The notes under the pieces were generated by a model. The model made no database searches. It worked only from the letters and a program-made list of their open reading frames with translations, and was not told where the DNA came from. DNA of 64,000 nucleotides from Candidatus Woykebacteria bacterium RBG_13_40_15 (lineage in GTDB: Bacteria > Patescibacteriota > Microgenomatia > Woykebacterales > RBG-16-39-9b). Each line of letters begins with the position of its first letter. The first letter of the stretch is position 1. A program made the translations under genes and the position numbers. Location of the stretch: NCBI GenBank assembly GCA_001816655.1, contig MHCP01000014.1:27068-91067 (forward strand), in the 5' to 3' direction. This document shows positions 55,241-64,000 of this stretch, piece by piece.

Positions 55241-55496
55241 GATATCTCTATCCTTTCAACCTTTGGTTAGGATTACGCTTATTGTATGGGTGCGAACACA
55301 CTGGCCGATATAATACCTAACTGCTAGGCAGAAAGTCAAATCATATCGGTCTGTAGGTTAATGGTGGTGGGTGTGGTTTTCCTGTGGGGACTGGCTCATC
55401 ATTTGTAGCATATCTGATTAATTTATGTCTATTGACAAACTCGGGTTTTAATATTATTCTGATAACAGATACCCCCTCCTGGGGTGGAGGTATAAG

Positions 55497-55757
55497 ATGA
55501 TAAAAGATGCAAAGAAAGAATCTGTCAGAAGATTAAAAATAATTGAAGGCCATGTTCGGAAAATCCGAGAGATGGTAGAAAAAGATGAGTATTGTTTGGA
55601 TGTCCTACAGCAAACGAGTGCAGTAAATTCCGCCTTAAAGAAAGTCGATGAGATAATTTTAGATTCACACCTACACACTTGCGTGATACCGGCGTTTAAA
55701 GGTTCAAAAGCAGAGGAATCAATTAAAGAACTTGTTGAGGTTTTCAAAAGGAGGTGA
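55497..55757 (+). CDS. csoR: CsoR/RcnR-family metal-sensing transcriptional repressor
   Basis: LKIIEGHVRKIREMVEKDEYCLDVLQQTSAVNSALKKV...HLHTC. Cys-His-Cys ligand pattern. Confidence 0.75.
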   Translation: MIKDAKKESVRRLKIIEGHVRKIREMVEKDEYCLDVLQQTSAVNSALKKVDEIILDSHLHTCVIPAFKGSKAEESIKELVEVFKRR

Positions 55758-55762
55758 ACGGA

Positions 55763-55927
55763 ATGATGATGAACGGTTGGACAGCGGATCACATGCAAAA
55801 TATGATGGGAAGCTCTTTTGCTCCGTTTGCTTGGTTTTTGATTCTCTTGTGGTTCGCTACGTGGATCTTAATAATTGTCGCTTTAGTAGCTTTAATCCGT
55901 TGGCTTTGGAGAAAAGGTGAAAGATGA
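55763..55927 (+). CDS. small (54-aa) membrane protein, not in the supplied ORF track
   Basis: GGAGGTG RBS, ATG at 55763, one TM helix (FAWFLILLWFATWILIIVALVAL). ATGA overlap with the next gene. Confidence 0.35.
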   Translation: MMMNGWTADHMQNMMGSSFAPFAWFLILLWFATWILIIVALVALIRWLWRKGER

Positions 55928-56442
55928 AAAATCTGTTTAGTAAGGGCAAAATTGACCCGGTTATCTTAGGCATCATAGGATTTTTCGTACTCTTACTATT
56001 GGGTAGCTTAATTTTTCTATTTAGTTCCGCAAAAGAAAATAAAACTGTTACCTATTCAAAAAGCGACGCAGAGAGACCCAAGTTGCAAATTGAAAAAACT
56101 AATATCGATCTGGGACGTATAAAAGTGGCTGATAAAAAAATCTCGGTGATAAAATTAAAAAATGTTGGTTCCAAACCACTGCAGATCACTAATGTTTTTA
56201 CATCTTGCGACTGTACATCCGCCCAATTGGTAATTAACGGTCAAGAATCACCAGTGTTTAGCATGCATGAAAATCCAACTTGGGTAGGTGAGTTACAGCC
56301 AAATGCGGAGGCGACTTTGAAAGCTATCTATGAACCCTACAAAATGCCGGTTCACGGAGCGGTAGAAAGAACCATATATTTTAAAACAAATGATCCTGAT
56401 AAAACTGACGTACAAATTCAAATGAAGGCAAACGTAAATTAA
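55924..56442 (+). CDS. DUF1573-like membrane-anchored beta-sandwich protein with CxC motif
   Basis: N-terminal TM and TSCDCT motif. Confidence 0.45.
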   Translation: MKNLFSKGKIDPVILGIIGFFVLLLLGSLIFLFSSAKENKTVTYSKSDAERPKLQIEKTNIDLGRIKVADKKISVIKLKNVGSKPLQITNVFTSCDCTSAQLVINGQESPVFSMHENPTWVGELQPNAEATLKAIYEPYKMPVHGAVERTIYFKTNDPDKTDVQIQMKANVN

Positions 56443-56445
56443 AAT

Positions 56446-57123
56446 ATGCTTCCTCTAGTGATTGTTAATGGACTAATTGATTCTTATAATCCATGCGCAA
56501 TTGGAGTTTTATTACTTTATATTGCTATTCTTCTTGGTACCAACTCTTCCAGGCGATTTGTGCTAACTTTCGGCGGTTTTTACATCCTTGCTACTTTCGT
56601 TACTTATTTTTTGATTGGTTTGGGGATTTTGCACGTTGTCCATTTTTTTGGTATTCCCCACTTTTTTGGTTGGGTAGCCGCAGCTGTAGTTTTATTCATC
56701 GGACTTTTTCAACTAAAGGATTACTATTTTCCACTTGTTAAGATCCCAATAATTTCACCGATACTTTCCACCTGCCGAATGATTACCTGGAACAAAGAAC
56801 TGACAATTTTATCAGCCGTTGTTCTGGGTGTATTAATCGGCTTGTGTGAGTTTCCCTGTTCTGGAGGTATTTACCTTGCTACTGTTGCTATGCTTTCGCT
56901 AAAAGAAACATTTTGGCAAGGCGCTTTATATCTATTTATTTACAACCTAATGTTTATTTCTCCCTTGGTAATAATATTTCTCTTCGCAACAAACAAGACT
57001 CTTTTAAATAAAGTTAAAGGTTGGCAATCTAAATATGCAGGGAGAGCAAAATTAATTTCAGGGTTTCTGATGACAATTTTGGGTATAATATTATTAATCT
57101 GGTTGATAATCGAGCGGATCTAA
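56446..57123 (+). CDS. CcdA/DsbD-family thiol-disulfide transporter-like membrane protein
   Basis: Six TM helices with Cys in NPCA and FPCSGG motifs. Confidence 0.5.
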   Translation: MLPLVIVNGLIDSYNPCAIGVLLLYIAILLGTNSSRRFVLTFGGFYILATFVTYFLIGLGILHVVHFFGIPHFFGWVAAAVVLFIGLFQLKDYYFPLVKIPIISPILSTCRMITWNKELTILSAVVLGVLIGLCEFPCSGGIYLATVAMLSLKETFWQGALYLFIYNLMFISPLVIIFLFATNKTLLNKVKGWQSKYAGRAKLISGFLMTILGIILLIWLIIERI

Positions 57124-57160
57124 AAACTGTTTTGCGGGGCTTTAGTATATTAAAATATTT

Positions 57161-59395
57161 ATGAAAACTTGTCCGATGCACCCGGAGGTGACTTCTTACC
57201 AACCTGGTTCTTGCCCAAAGTGCGGGATGAAATTGGTTGAAAAAAATCAACAGCCACAAAACACAGTAGAATCTTCGCAACACGTCACTCACTCTCAAGA
57301 AAGAAATACTCACCGAGGGATACGAATTTTTTATACCTGTCCAATGGATCCAGATGTAATACAAGGGCAGAGTGGAAATTGTCCAAAGTGTGGGATGAAG
57401 CTTGTAGCGATGAACTCAGACCATGAAGGTCACGAGGACCACGCTGCGATGGAAAAAGATTTTAAGAAGCGTTTCTTTATCACTCTGCCTTTTGTTATTA
57501 CCACCATGCTCCTTTCACCGAATATCCAAAAATGGCTCCATTTCAGTATAAATTTTCAAGGTATTGGATGGCTCCTTTTTGCGATAGGTGCCTTTATTTT
57601 CTTTTTTGGCGGGTTACCTTTTTTCAAAGCGGCAAGGGGAGAATTGTTAAATAAAAATCCCGGAATGATGACCTTAGTAGCCTTTGCTATAACAGTAGGT
57701 TTTAGCTTTTCGGTTGCCGCAACATTTCTTTTTCCGGGAGAATCCTTATATTGGGAAATAGCCACTCTTATTTCGGTTTTCCTATTAGGTCATTGGTTGG
57801 AAATGAGGGCGGTGAGGGGTGCAACAGGTGCCCTGACAGAACTAGCTAAACTCATTCCCCCATCTGCCCACCTTGTTGAGGCTGGAAACATTGTAGATGT
57901 TAAAACAAGTGAACTAAAAATAGGCAATAGGGTTTTGGTCAAGCCAGGAGAAAAAATCCCGGTTGATGGAGTAGTAATAGATGGAGAAAGTTCTGTTAAT
58001 GAATCAATGATTACCGGAGAATCAAGGCCCATTATCAAGAAAAAAGGGGAGAGCGTAATTGGTGGCACTATAAACCAGGATGGATCATTAACGATTGAGG
58101 TTTCCAAAACAGGGGCTGATACAGCAATATCTCAAATCATGAAGCTTATCCGGGAAGCTCAATCTACAAAACCCAATGTTCAGCACCTGGCTGATAGAGC
58201 TGCCGGTGTTTTATTTTACATAGCTGTTATTGCCGGAGCTCTCTCATTTATCACTTGGTTACTTATTTTACCTCACGGGGCTATTTTTGCAGCGACTGTG
58301 GCAGTAGCGGCGGTTGTTGTTGCCTGTCCTCATGCACTTGGACTTGCTATTCCTACCGTTACTACAATTACTTCCACTCTTGGCGCTAAAAATGGCATTT
58401 TAATAAAGGATATGAAAGGCCTAGAAATCGCGAGAAAGTTGAACTACGTGGTATTCGATAAAACAGGAACATTAACTCGTGGGGAATTTGGGGTAACCGA
58501 GATTATTTTAAACCAAAAATCAGATATTAAAGACCAAATTAAATTATTGCGGCTGGCCGCGGCTATCGAAGTTCAATCACAGCATTCTATTGCGAGAGGA
58601 ATCGTTAGTGAAGCCAAAAAGAAAAAATTGGAAATTACCAATGTAAAAGAATTTAAATCTTATCCAGGAAAAGGAGCAACTGGGAAAGTTGATGATAAAA
58701 AAATTGTTGTTGGCAATAAAACCTTGATGGAAGAATTGAAAATAGAAATGGAAAATGGTGGTTGGGAAACAGAAAATAAGACTAATACACCAGTTTATGT
58801 CGCTATAGAGGGCGAACTAGCCGGGGTAATCCTTTTGGCAGACATTATCAGAGAAGAATCAAAAGAGGCTGTTAAAAGGCTTCATGATATGGGAGTAAAG
58901 ACAGCGATGCTTACAGGAGATACCCAAGATGTAGCCAATGAAGTAGGAAAACAACTTGATATGGACACAGTTTTTGCCCAAGTGCTACCCGAGGAAAAAG
59001 TTAATAGGGTCAAACAACTGCAAAATGAAGGGAATATTGTGGCTATGGTGGGAGATGGTGTGAATGATGCCCCATCTCTTACTCAATCACATGTCGGTAT
59101 TGCAATTGGAGCAGGAACTGATGTAGCGGTAGAGGCAGCAGACATAGTGCTAATGAAAAATGATCCTATGGATGTGGTTAAGGCAATATCGCTGAGCCGA
59201 AAGACTAATACAAAGATGATGCAAAATCTTGCTTGGGCGACAGGATATAACGTCTTTGCTATTCCAACGGCAGCAGGAGTACTTTATCCGTCATTTGGTA
59301 TTTTACTTCGGCCTGAATGGGCAGCACTTTTAATGAGCGCATCATCAATTATCGTCGTTTTCAATGCCTTGTTGCTGCGACGCTCAAGTCTATAA
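57161..59395 (+). CDS. copB: copper-translocating P1B-type ATPase (CPH-motif, CopB-like)
   Basis: Two N-terminal CPMHPE/GxCPKCGMKL metal-binding fingers, TM CPH motif, DKTGTLT, GDGVNDAP. Confidence 0.85.
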   Translation: MKTCPMHPEVTSYQPGSCPKCGMKLVEKNQQPQNTVESSQHVTHSQERNTHRGIRIFYTCPMDPDVIQGQSGNCPKCGMKLVAMNSDHEGHEDHAAMEKDFKKRFFITLPFVITTMLLSPNIQKWLHFSINFQGIGWLLFAIGAFIFFFGGLPFFKAARGELLNKNPGMMTLVAFAITVGFSFSVAATFLFPGESLYWEIATLISVFLLGHWLEMRAVRGATGALTELAKLIPPSAHLVEAGNIVDVKTSELKIGNRVLVKPGEKIPVDGVVIDGESSVNESMITGESRPIIKKKGESVIGGTINQDGSLTIEVSKTGADTAISQIMKLIREAQSTKPNVQHLADRAAGVLFYIAVIAGALSFITWLLILPHGAIFAATVAVAAVVVACPHALGLAIPTVTTITSTLGAKNGILIKDMKGLEIARKLNYVVFDKTGTLTRGEFGVTEIILNQKSDIKDQIKLLRLAAAIEVQSQHSIARGIVSEAKKKKLEITNVKEFKSYPGKGATGKVDDKKIVVGNKTLMEELKIEMENGGWETENKTNTPVYVAIEGELAGVILLADIIREESKEAVKRLHDMGVKTAMLTGDTQDVANEVGKQLDMDTVFAQVLPEEKVNRVKQLQNEGNIVAMVGDGVNDAPSLTQSHVGIAIGAGTDVAVEAADIVLMKNDPMDVVKAISLSRKTNTKMMQNLAWATGYNVFAIPTAAGVLYPSFGILLRPEWAALLMSASSIIVVFNALLLRRSSL

Positions 59396-59415
59396 CATTT
59401 ACGCTTAATCATCTG

Positions 59416-61260
59416 TTAATAGGAGTTTAAATCAAGTTTTCTTATTCGGATGTTTTTAGGGGTGACTTCCACGATTTCACTATCATTGATATATTCCAAA
59501 GCCGCCTCTAAATGCATCTGTCTCGGAGCATTAAAATGTTCTGATACTCCTTCCCCGCTGGAACGGTGATTGGTTTGCTGCTTTTCTTTGCAAACATTGA
59601 TTCGGATATCATCGATCCGGGAATTTTGACCAATTACCTGCCCGGCATAAACCGGAACAGATGGGCCAATGAATAGATCACCTCTCCCTTGAGCTGCAAT
59701 TAAACCATAAAGTTTGGTAGTACCATTTTCATGGGCAACGAGAGATCCTCGATCGCGGGCGTATGAATTGCCGGAATTTCTCCGATATTCTAAAAAGGAG
59801 GAATTAATTATTCCCAAACCACGAGTATCGACAATAAATTCACTTCTGTAACCAAAAAATTCTTTTGTAGAAATAATAAACTCAAAACGCACCACGCCCT
59901 CTTCAGTAGTCATGTTCTGCAACTCCCCATGGCGCACACCCATTTTTTGGATTACCACACCGGAATAAGTTTCTGGAACTTCAATCAAGACCCTCTCAAA
60001 AGGAGTCAGTGTTTCTCCATTGATACTTTTCTCAATCACTTCGGGTCTGGAAACTTGGAACTCATAACCTTCCCTTCTCATTCTTTCAATTAAAATTGCC
60101 AAATGCAGTTCTCCTCGTCCCAAGACTACCCAACCTCCTGCTGTCGCTTGCCCTGAGGACATTCGGCTGAGCTCAGTCGAAGTCCTTGTTGAAGGGTCTA
60201 CCCGCAAGGCGACATCCGTTTCCAGTTTCCTATACAATCTTTCCTGAATTTGTCTGGTTGTTTTAAATTCACCTTCTTTGCCAGCAAAAGGGGAGGCGTT
60301 AACGCTAAAAGTCATTCGCACTGTCGGTTCCTCTATATTAAGCAGCGACAAAGCCAGGGAGGCTTGTCCCAAACTAGCTGAAGGGTCAGCTATCGTATCC
60401 CCACAAGTAATTTCAGGAATACCAGACACCGCTACAATATCACCTGCTACTGCTTCCGGAGTGTCCACTTTCCCCAATCCTTCAAAAGTCATTAGAGATG
60501 TGAGACGCATTTTTTTCATCTCGCCAGAGCGGTTAATATGCATTACATCTTGACCAGCCGTAATTTTACCGCTGTAAATTCTGCCGACGGCAATCCTGCC
60601 CTTAAAATTATCACCAATGGTAAAGGTAACAAGCATTTGCAGGGGTTTGTTTATGTCGCCTACGGGAGCTGGAATATATTTCAAGATAGCTTCAAAAATG
60701 GGGGAGATATCGACCATTTTAGCGAGATCCGGCTCTTTTGCAGCCTTACCATACTTGCTTGAGCAATAAACAGTTGGAAAATAAGCAGTCTCTTCATCTG
60801 CTCCCAGTTCCAAGAAAAGATCGAGAGTTTTATCTAAAACGTGATGGGCTCTGGCGCCGCTCTTATCTACCTTGTTAATTACGACAATTATTTTGTGTCC
60901 CAGCTCCAAGGCTCTTTTTAAAACAAACCTGGTTTGGGGCATTGGCCCTTCTTTAGCATCAACTAAAAGCAGGCAGCCATCTGCCATTTTTAAAACTCTT
61001 TCTACTTCTCCACCAAAATCAGCATGTCCCGGGGTATCAATTATATTTATCTTGATCCCGTTCCAGACAACAGAGGCATTTTTGGAAAAAATAGTGATTC
61101 CCCGTTCCTTTTCTAAATCATTACTGTCCATTATAAGTTCACTGCTTTCAGTAAACCCTTTTCCTAAATTAGTTTTGGATTGGTGAAGCAAGGCGTCCAC
61201 TAAAGTGGTCTTGCCGTGGTCAACATGGGCGATAATTGCAACGTTTCGAATTTTATTCAT
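59416..61260 (-). CDS. typA: translational GTPase TypA/BipA
   Basis: NVAIIAHVDHGKTTLVD, DTPGHADF, NKVD. Start trimmed to MNKIRNV. Confidence 0.85.
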   Translation of the reverse strand: MNKIRNVAIIAHVDHGKTTLVDALLHQSKTNLGKGFTESSELIMDSNDLEKERGITIFSKNASVVWNGIKINIIDTPGHADFGGEVERVLKMADGCLLLVDAKEGPMPQTRFVLKRALELGHKIIVVINKVDKSGARAHHVLDKTLDLFLELGADEETAYFPTVYCSSKYGKAAKEPDLAKMVDISPIFEAILKYIPAPVGDINKPLQMLVTFTIGDNFKGRIAVGRIYSGKITAGQDVMHINRSGEMKKMRLTSLMTFEGLGKVDTPEAVAGDIVAVSGIPEITCGDTIADPSASLGQASLALSLLNIEEPTVRMTFSVNASPFAGKEGEFKTTRQIQERLYRKLETDVALRVDPSTRTSTELSRMSSGQATAGGWVVLGRGELHLAILIERMRREGYEFQVSRPEVIEKSINGETLTPFERVLIEVPETYSGVVIQKMGVRHGELQNMTTEEGVVRFEFIISTKEFFGYRSEFIVDTRGLGIINSSFLEYRRNSGNSYARDRGSLVAHENGTTKLYGLIAAQGRGDLFIGPSVPVYAGQVIGQNSRIDDIRINVCKEKQQTNHRSSGEGVSEHFNAPRQMHLEAALEYINDSEIVEVTPKNIRIRKLDLNSY

Positions 61261-61354
61261 AAGAAAAAGCCGCTCTTTGCGGCGTTTATATGATACCATT
61301 TTAAGCTTAAATTTACAAATCAAGTTTAAACCAATCGGAAAACTACGGCATTTG

Positions 61355-61825
61355 TTAGTAGCTGATTACCTGCAAATTAGGAACCTTATCGAATTCCTTT
61401 TTATTTTTTGTAACAATAGCTTGAAGGTTAAGATCTTGCATATAGGCTAGGTGAAAAGCATCGCGTGGGCGAAAGTTAAAACTACCAATGTTCTCTATAA
61501 CCTGTCTCACACCTGATTCAAAGTCGTTTTCAAATTGAATTATTTTTATGTTTTCTGGTAATTTTCTTATTTCTTCTAAAATTCGTTTAATCTCCGAATA
61601 AAATTCCTTAATTGGCTTTCTTTTCTCCTTAGGTATGTCTTTTTGTGAAACTTCATATATCTTGTACCAAGCCTCATCTAATCCCAGGGTGGAAATATAG
61701 GTTACGCAATTTTGCTTTAGTAAATTAAAAAAGAGCAATCTGCTTGCATTATGATCATTGTGGTCATCCAGAAAATATGCGATTAGAAAGTTTGCATCAA
61801 GATATATTTTCTCTGGCAAACCCAT
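61355..61825 (-). CDS. PIN-domain nuclease (VapC-like)
   Basis: YLDANFLIAY (Asp1), LDEAW (Glu), RPRDAFHLA (Asp). 156 aa. Confidence 0.65.
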   Translation of the reverse strand: MGLPEKIYLDANFLIAYFLDDHNDHNASRLLFFNLLKQNCVTYISTLGLDEAWYKIYEVSQKDIPKEKRKPIKEFYSEIKRILEEIRKLPENIKIIQFENDFESGVRQVIENIGSFNFRPRDAFHLAYMQDLNLQAIVTKNKKEFDKVPNLQVISY

Positions 61826-61829
61826 AAAT

Positions 61830-62198
61830 TCAATAAATCGAGGTATTATAAATTTTTATTATGTCAATTTTTTCTTCAAGCCTAATTGCCCCCGCAGTTT
61901 TAAGGAGAAATTGCCTTTTTTCATCCGACAATGTGTAAAAGCTATCACCAACTAACTCAAGCCACTCATTTTCTTTTTGTTGATTTTCTAACGAGGGTAA
62001 CCTTTCAATATAAGGCAAGGGGCCATAAGCCTTTTTATCGATTTCGTCTTTTGGAAATAATTTTGTCGGCCAAGCTGTGTCTATATGCTCATCTATATTA
62101 AGAGTACCTGCCGTATCTTTATGTGGATTGACAAGTAAATCAAGTAGTACTGGGTTTTTAGAAAAATCAGATGTAAAATCAGATGTAAGACTTGGCAT
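61830..62198 (-). CDS. hypothetical protein (middle gene of the PIN operon)
   Basis: 122 aa with no recognisable domain. N-terminus contains TSDFTSDF, encoded by a 12-nt tandem duplication. Confidence 0.35.
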   Translation of the reverse strand: MPSLTSDFTSDFSKNPVLLDLLVNPHKDTAGTLNIDEHIDTAWPTKLFPKDEIDKKAYGPLPYIERLPSLENQQKENEWLELVGDSFYTLSDEKRQFLLKTAGAIRLEEKIDIIKIYNTSIY

Positions 62199-62199
62199 A

Positions 62200-62823
62200 T
62201 TATCCTTTCACAAATTTATTAATCGCTTGTTCAATCTCTCTATAATCAACCAATAGCTCTTTAGCTAATTTTGTAAAATCGATTTTTCCTGTTTCATAAT
62301 GTACGTTGGTATGCGCTTCTAATTGTTTTTCTTGCCCGCTAGGAACTATTTGTATATCAAACTTCCGACCTAATTTACTGAAGACAACTCTTGCTCCAGC
62401 TTCTAATAATTTGCCTCCATTTATAAGACTTTTAAGGCTAGGTGATAAAAGTTTTTCATAAGAAATATCTTCCTGTAATTGCAACGATATATCGTAGTTA
62501 TAACCGTAAGCCCTAAGCGTAGATTTACCGATAAAGGCTTTATATACTTTTTCAAAATCGCCTACAACCTTCGATTTAGATGGATCTTCTACACTAGCAT
62601 CACTCACTCGTAATCTATTTGGTTCGATAACGACTTCTTTCTTAAGAGTAGGTATAATCAATACTTTTGTTCCAGGCAGTTCAATAAAAGGGGTATTTAC
62701 CCTCTCTGAAGCTTCTAAATCGAATAAATCTCTTATAGTATCACTCGTAATTTGAGATTGATCTATTTTGTCGAAAAGAGCGGTTATATTTAATTTCTTC
62801 AATTGTAGGTTTTGAATCTTCAT
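62200..62823 (-). CDS. hypothetical protein (first gene of the PIN operon)
   Basis: 207 aa with no recognisable domain. 1-nt gap to the next gene. Confidence 0.35.
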   Translation of the reverse strand: MKIQNLQLKKLNITALFDKIDQSQITSDTIRDLFDLEASERVNTPFIELPGTKVLIIPTLKKEVVIEPNRLRVSDASVEDPSKSKVVGDFEKVYKAFIGKSTLRAYGYNYDISLQLQEDISYEKLLSPSLKSLINGGKLLEAGARVVFSKLGRKFDIQIVPSGQEKQLEAHTNVHYETGKIDFTKLAKELLVDYREIEQAINKFVKG

Positions 62824-62975
62824 ATTACTTTCCTGAAGCTATTCTAGCAGAAATCACTTAGAGTGGCTACTACGCAAAAATTTTTCTTACCTCACCACCT
62901 TTTTGCAAACTTCCAAGAAGCATTATTTTCATATTGTCCATGTGATTATTTTTATCTTACAACAAAAAATGATAG

Positions 62976-64000
62976 AATGTTAGCCATGAAAAACAAAATT
63001 GCAATTTTAGGATTTGGCGGAACGATTGCGATGGTTCCAAATAAAGAAGGTACTTTAGTTCCAGCCAAGGGCGTTGATGAACTTATTTCTTTCGTACATA
63101 AGATTAAAGAATTAGCAGATGTAACCCTCGTACAGCTTGAAAATCTAGATAGTACAAATATAAACCCGACTCATTGGACTAAACTGGCAAATAAAATAGC
63201 CCAGGTTTACAAAGATTACGATGGTATTATCGTCATCCATGGTACAGATACAATGGCTTATACCGCAGGAGCAGTTGCACTAGCTGTAGGTAAAGCTTTA
63301 TCAATACCAGTAGTCTTTACTGGTTCGCAACTTCCAATGATTGAAACAGGTACTGACGCTCCTTTCAATCTAGAAAATTCAGTGAAAACGGTTTTACAGG
63401 CAATTAGAGAAGGTATAGCTGAGGTAATGATAGTTTTTTCGGATAGAGTGTTGAGGGGTGTTCGCGCTATCAAAACTAGTGAATCAAAATTCGGGGCTTT
63501 TGATTCTCCCGCCTTTCCTTATCTAGCCCAAATAACGGCAACTGGAGTTTCATTTAGCCCTTTAGCCCTCAAAGCTACTAAAAATAAAACCAATGAATTA
63601 AAGATAAATGGGCATTTCAAGAGTGATATCTTGGCTATTGACCTAGTTCCGGGATTAGAACCAGGGATATTAAGAAAGACAATAAAGTCTGGAAATATTC
63701 AAGCTTTGCTTCTCAAGTCTTTAGGGGCTGGTAATGTTCCTTCCATTGAACCATATTCGTTTTTGCCTCTGATAGAAGAAGTGGTTAAGGATGGTATCCC
63801 AGTTCTAATCTCAACCAAGTTTGTTGGCGGAAAGACCATTTTAGACCTTTATGAGCCAGGCAAAAAGGCCCTCGAGGCTGGTGCTATTCCCACAGGAGAT
63901 ATGACTGATGTTATGTCCCAGGTAAAGCTGATGTGGCTTTTAGGCAAAGGCTTTACCTCAATGGAAGATTTGAAGAAAGAAATACTTACTGATTATGTCG
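62976..64000 (+). CDS. ansA: L-asparaginase (type I), 3'-truncated by the window end
   Basis: IAILGFGGTIAM and HGTDTMAYTA motifs. The ORF runs off the end of the window. Confidence 0.8.

Noticed and set aside
1-64000. CRISPR arrays, rRNA genes, transposases/integrases
   Set aside because: No regularly spaced direct repeats, rRNA-like conserved blocks, or DDE/tyrosine-recombinase ORFs were seen. The mobile-element evidence is limited to scars (duplicated gene ends, tRNA fragments).

Overview
This window is a low-GC (~35-40% by eye) bacterial chromosomal segment with compact, often overlapping genes. The gene content and architecture suggest a small-genome organism such as a Patescibacteria/CPR-type bacterium, but that is inference. 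The first ~13 kb is a minimal division/cell-wall (dcw) cluster: murC-murB-[GC-rich inserted ORF]-murA-murF-like-mraY-murD-ftsW-murG-ftsQ-like-ftsA-ftsZ. It is followed by pyrG, a divergent MerR-like regulator / KGG-repeat stress protein pair, ileS, rodA, and rplU-rpmA-parB with a convergent lepB. Next come tRNA-Val, an envelope-glycan cluster (MOP flippase, O-antigen-ligase-like protein, Ig-like protein) and a tRNA-rich hotspot (Thr, Gly, Asp) carrying tRNA half-fragments and small inserts. After that lie polX, lemA, htpX, gatC-gatA-[HEPN-like ORF]-gatB, polA, rplS, rnhB, yraN, rsmH, HIT, tRNA-Lys, GIY-YIG, CYTH, ppsA, two paralogous membrane proteins, metK (with a SAM-riboswitch-like leader) and the H+-pyrophosphatase gene hppA. 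The window ends with a csoR/copB copper operon, typA, a three-gene PIN-domain operon and a partial ansA. The hunt turned up several things: four short high-GC islands; a tRNA-Asp-adjacent three-gene high-GC cassette of pyrE-like, pyrF-like and Mesh1/SpoT-type HD hydrolase genes; the same 22-nt core in two miniature inserts, each lying between a gene 3' end and a duplicate of that end (tRNA-Gly and hppA); tRNA-Thr flanked by tRNA half-fragments; a HEPN-like gene translationally coupled inside gatCAB; a candidate structured ncRNA; leaderless-type promoters abutting murA and murG; and an uncharacterised three-gene PIN operon. No CRISPR array, rRNA, transposase or integrase gene was recognised.
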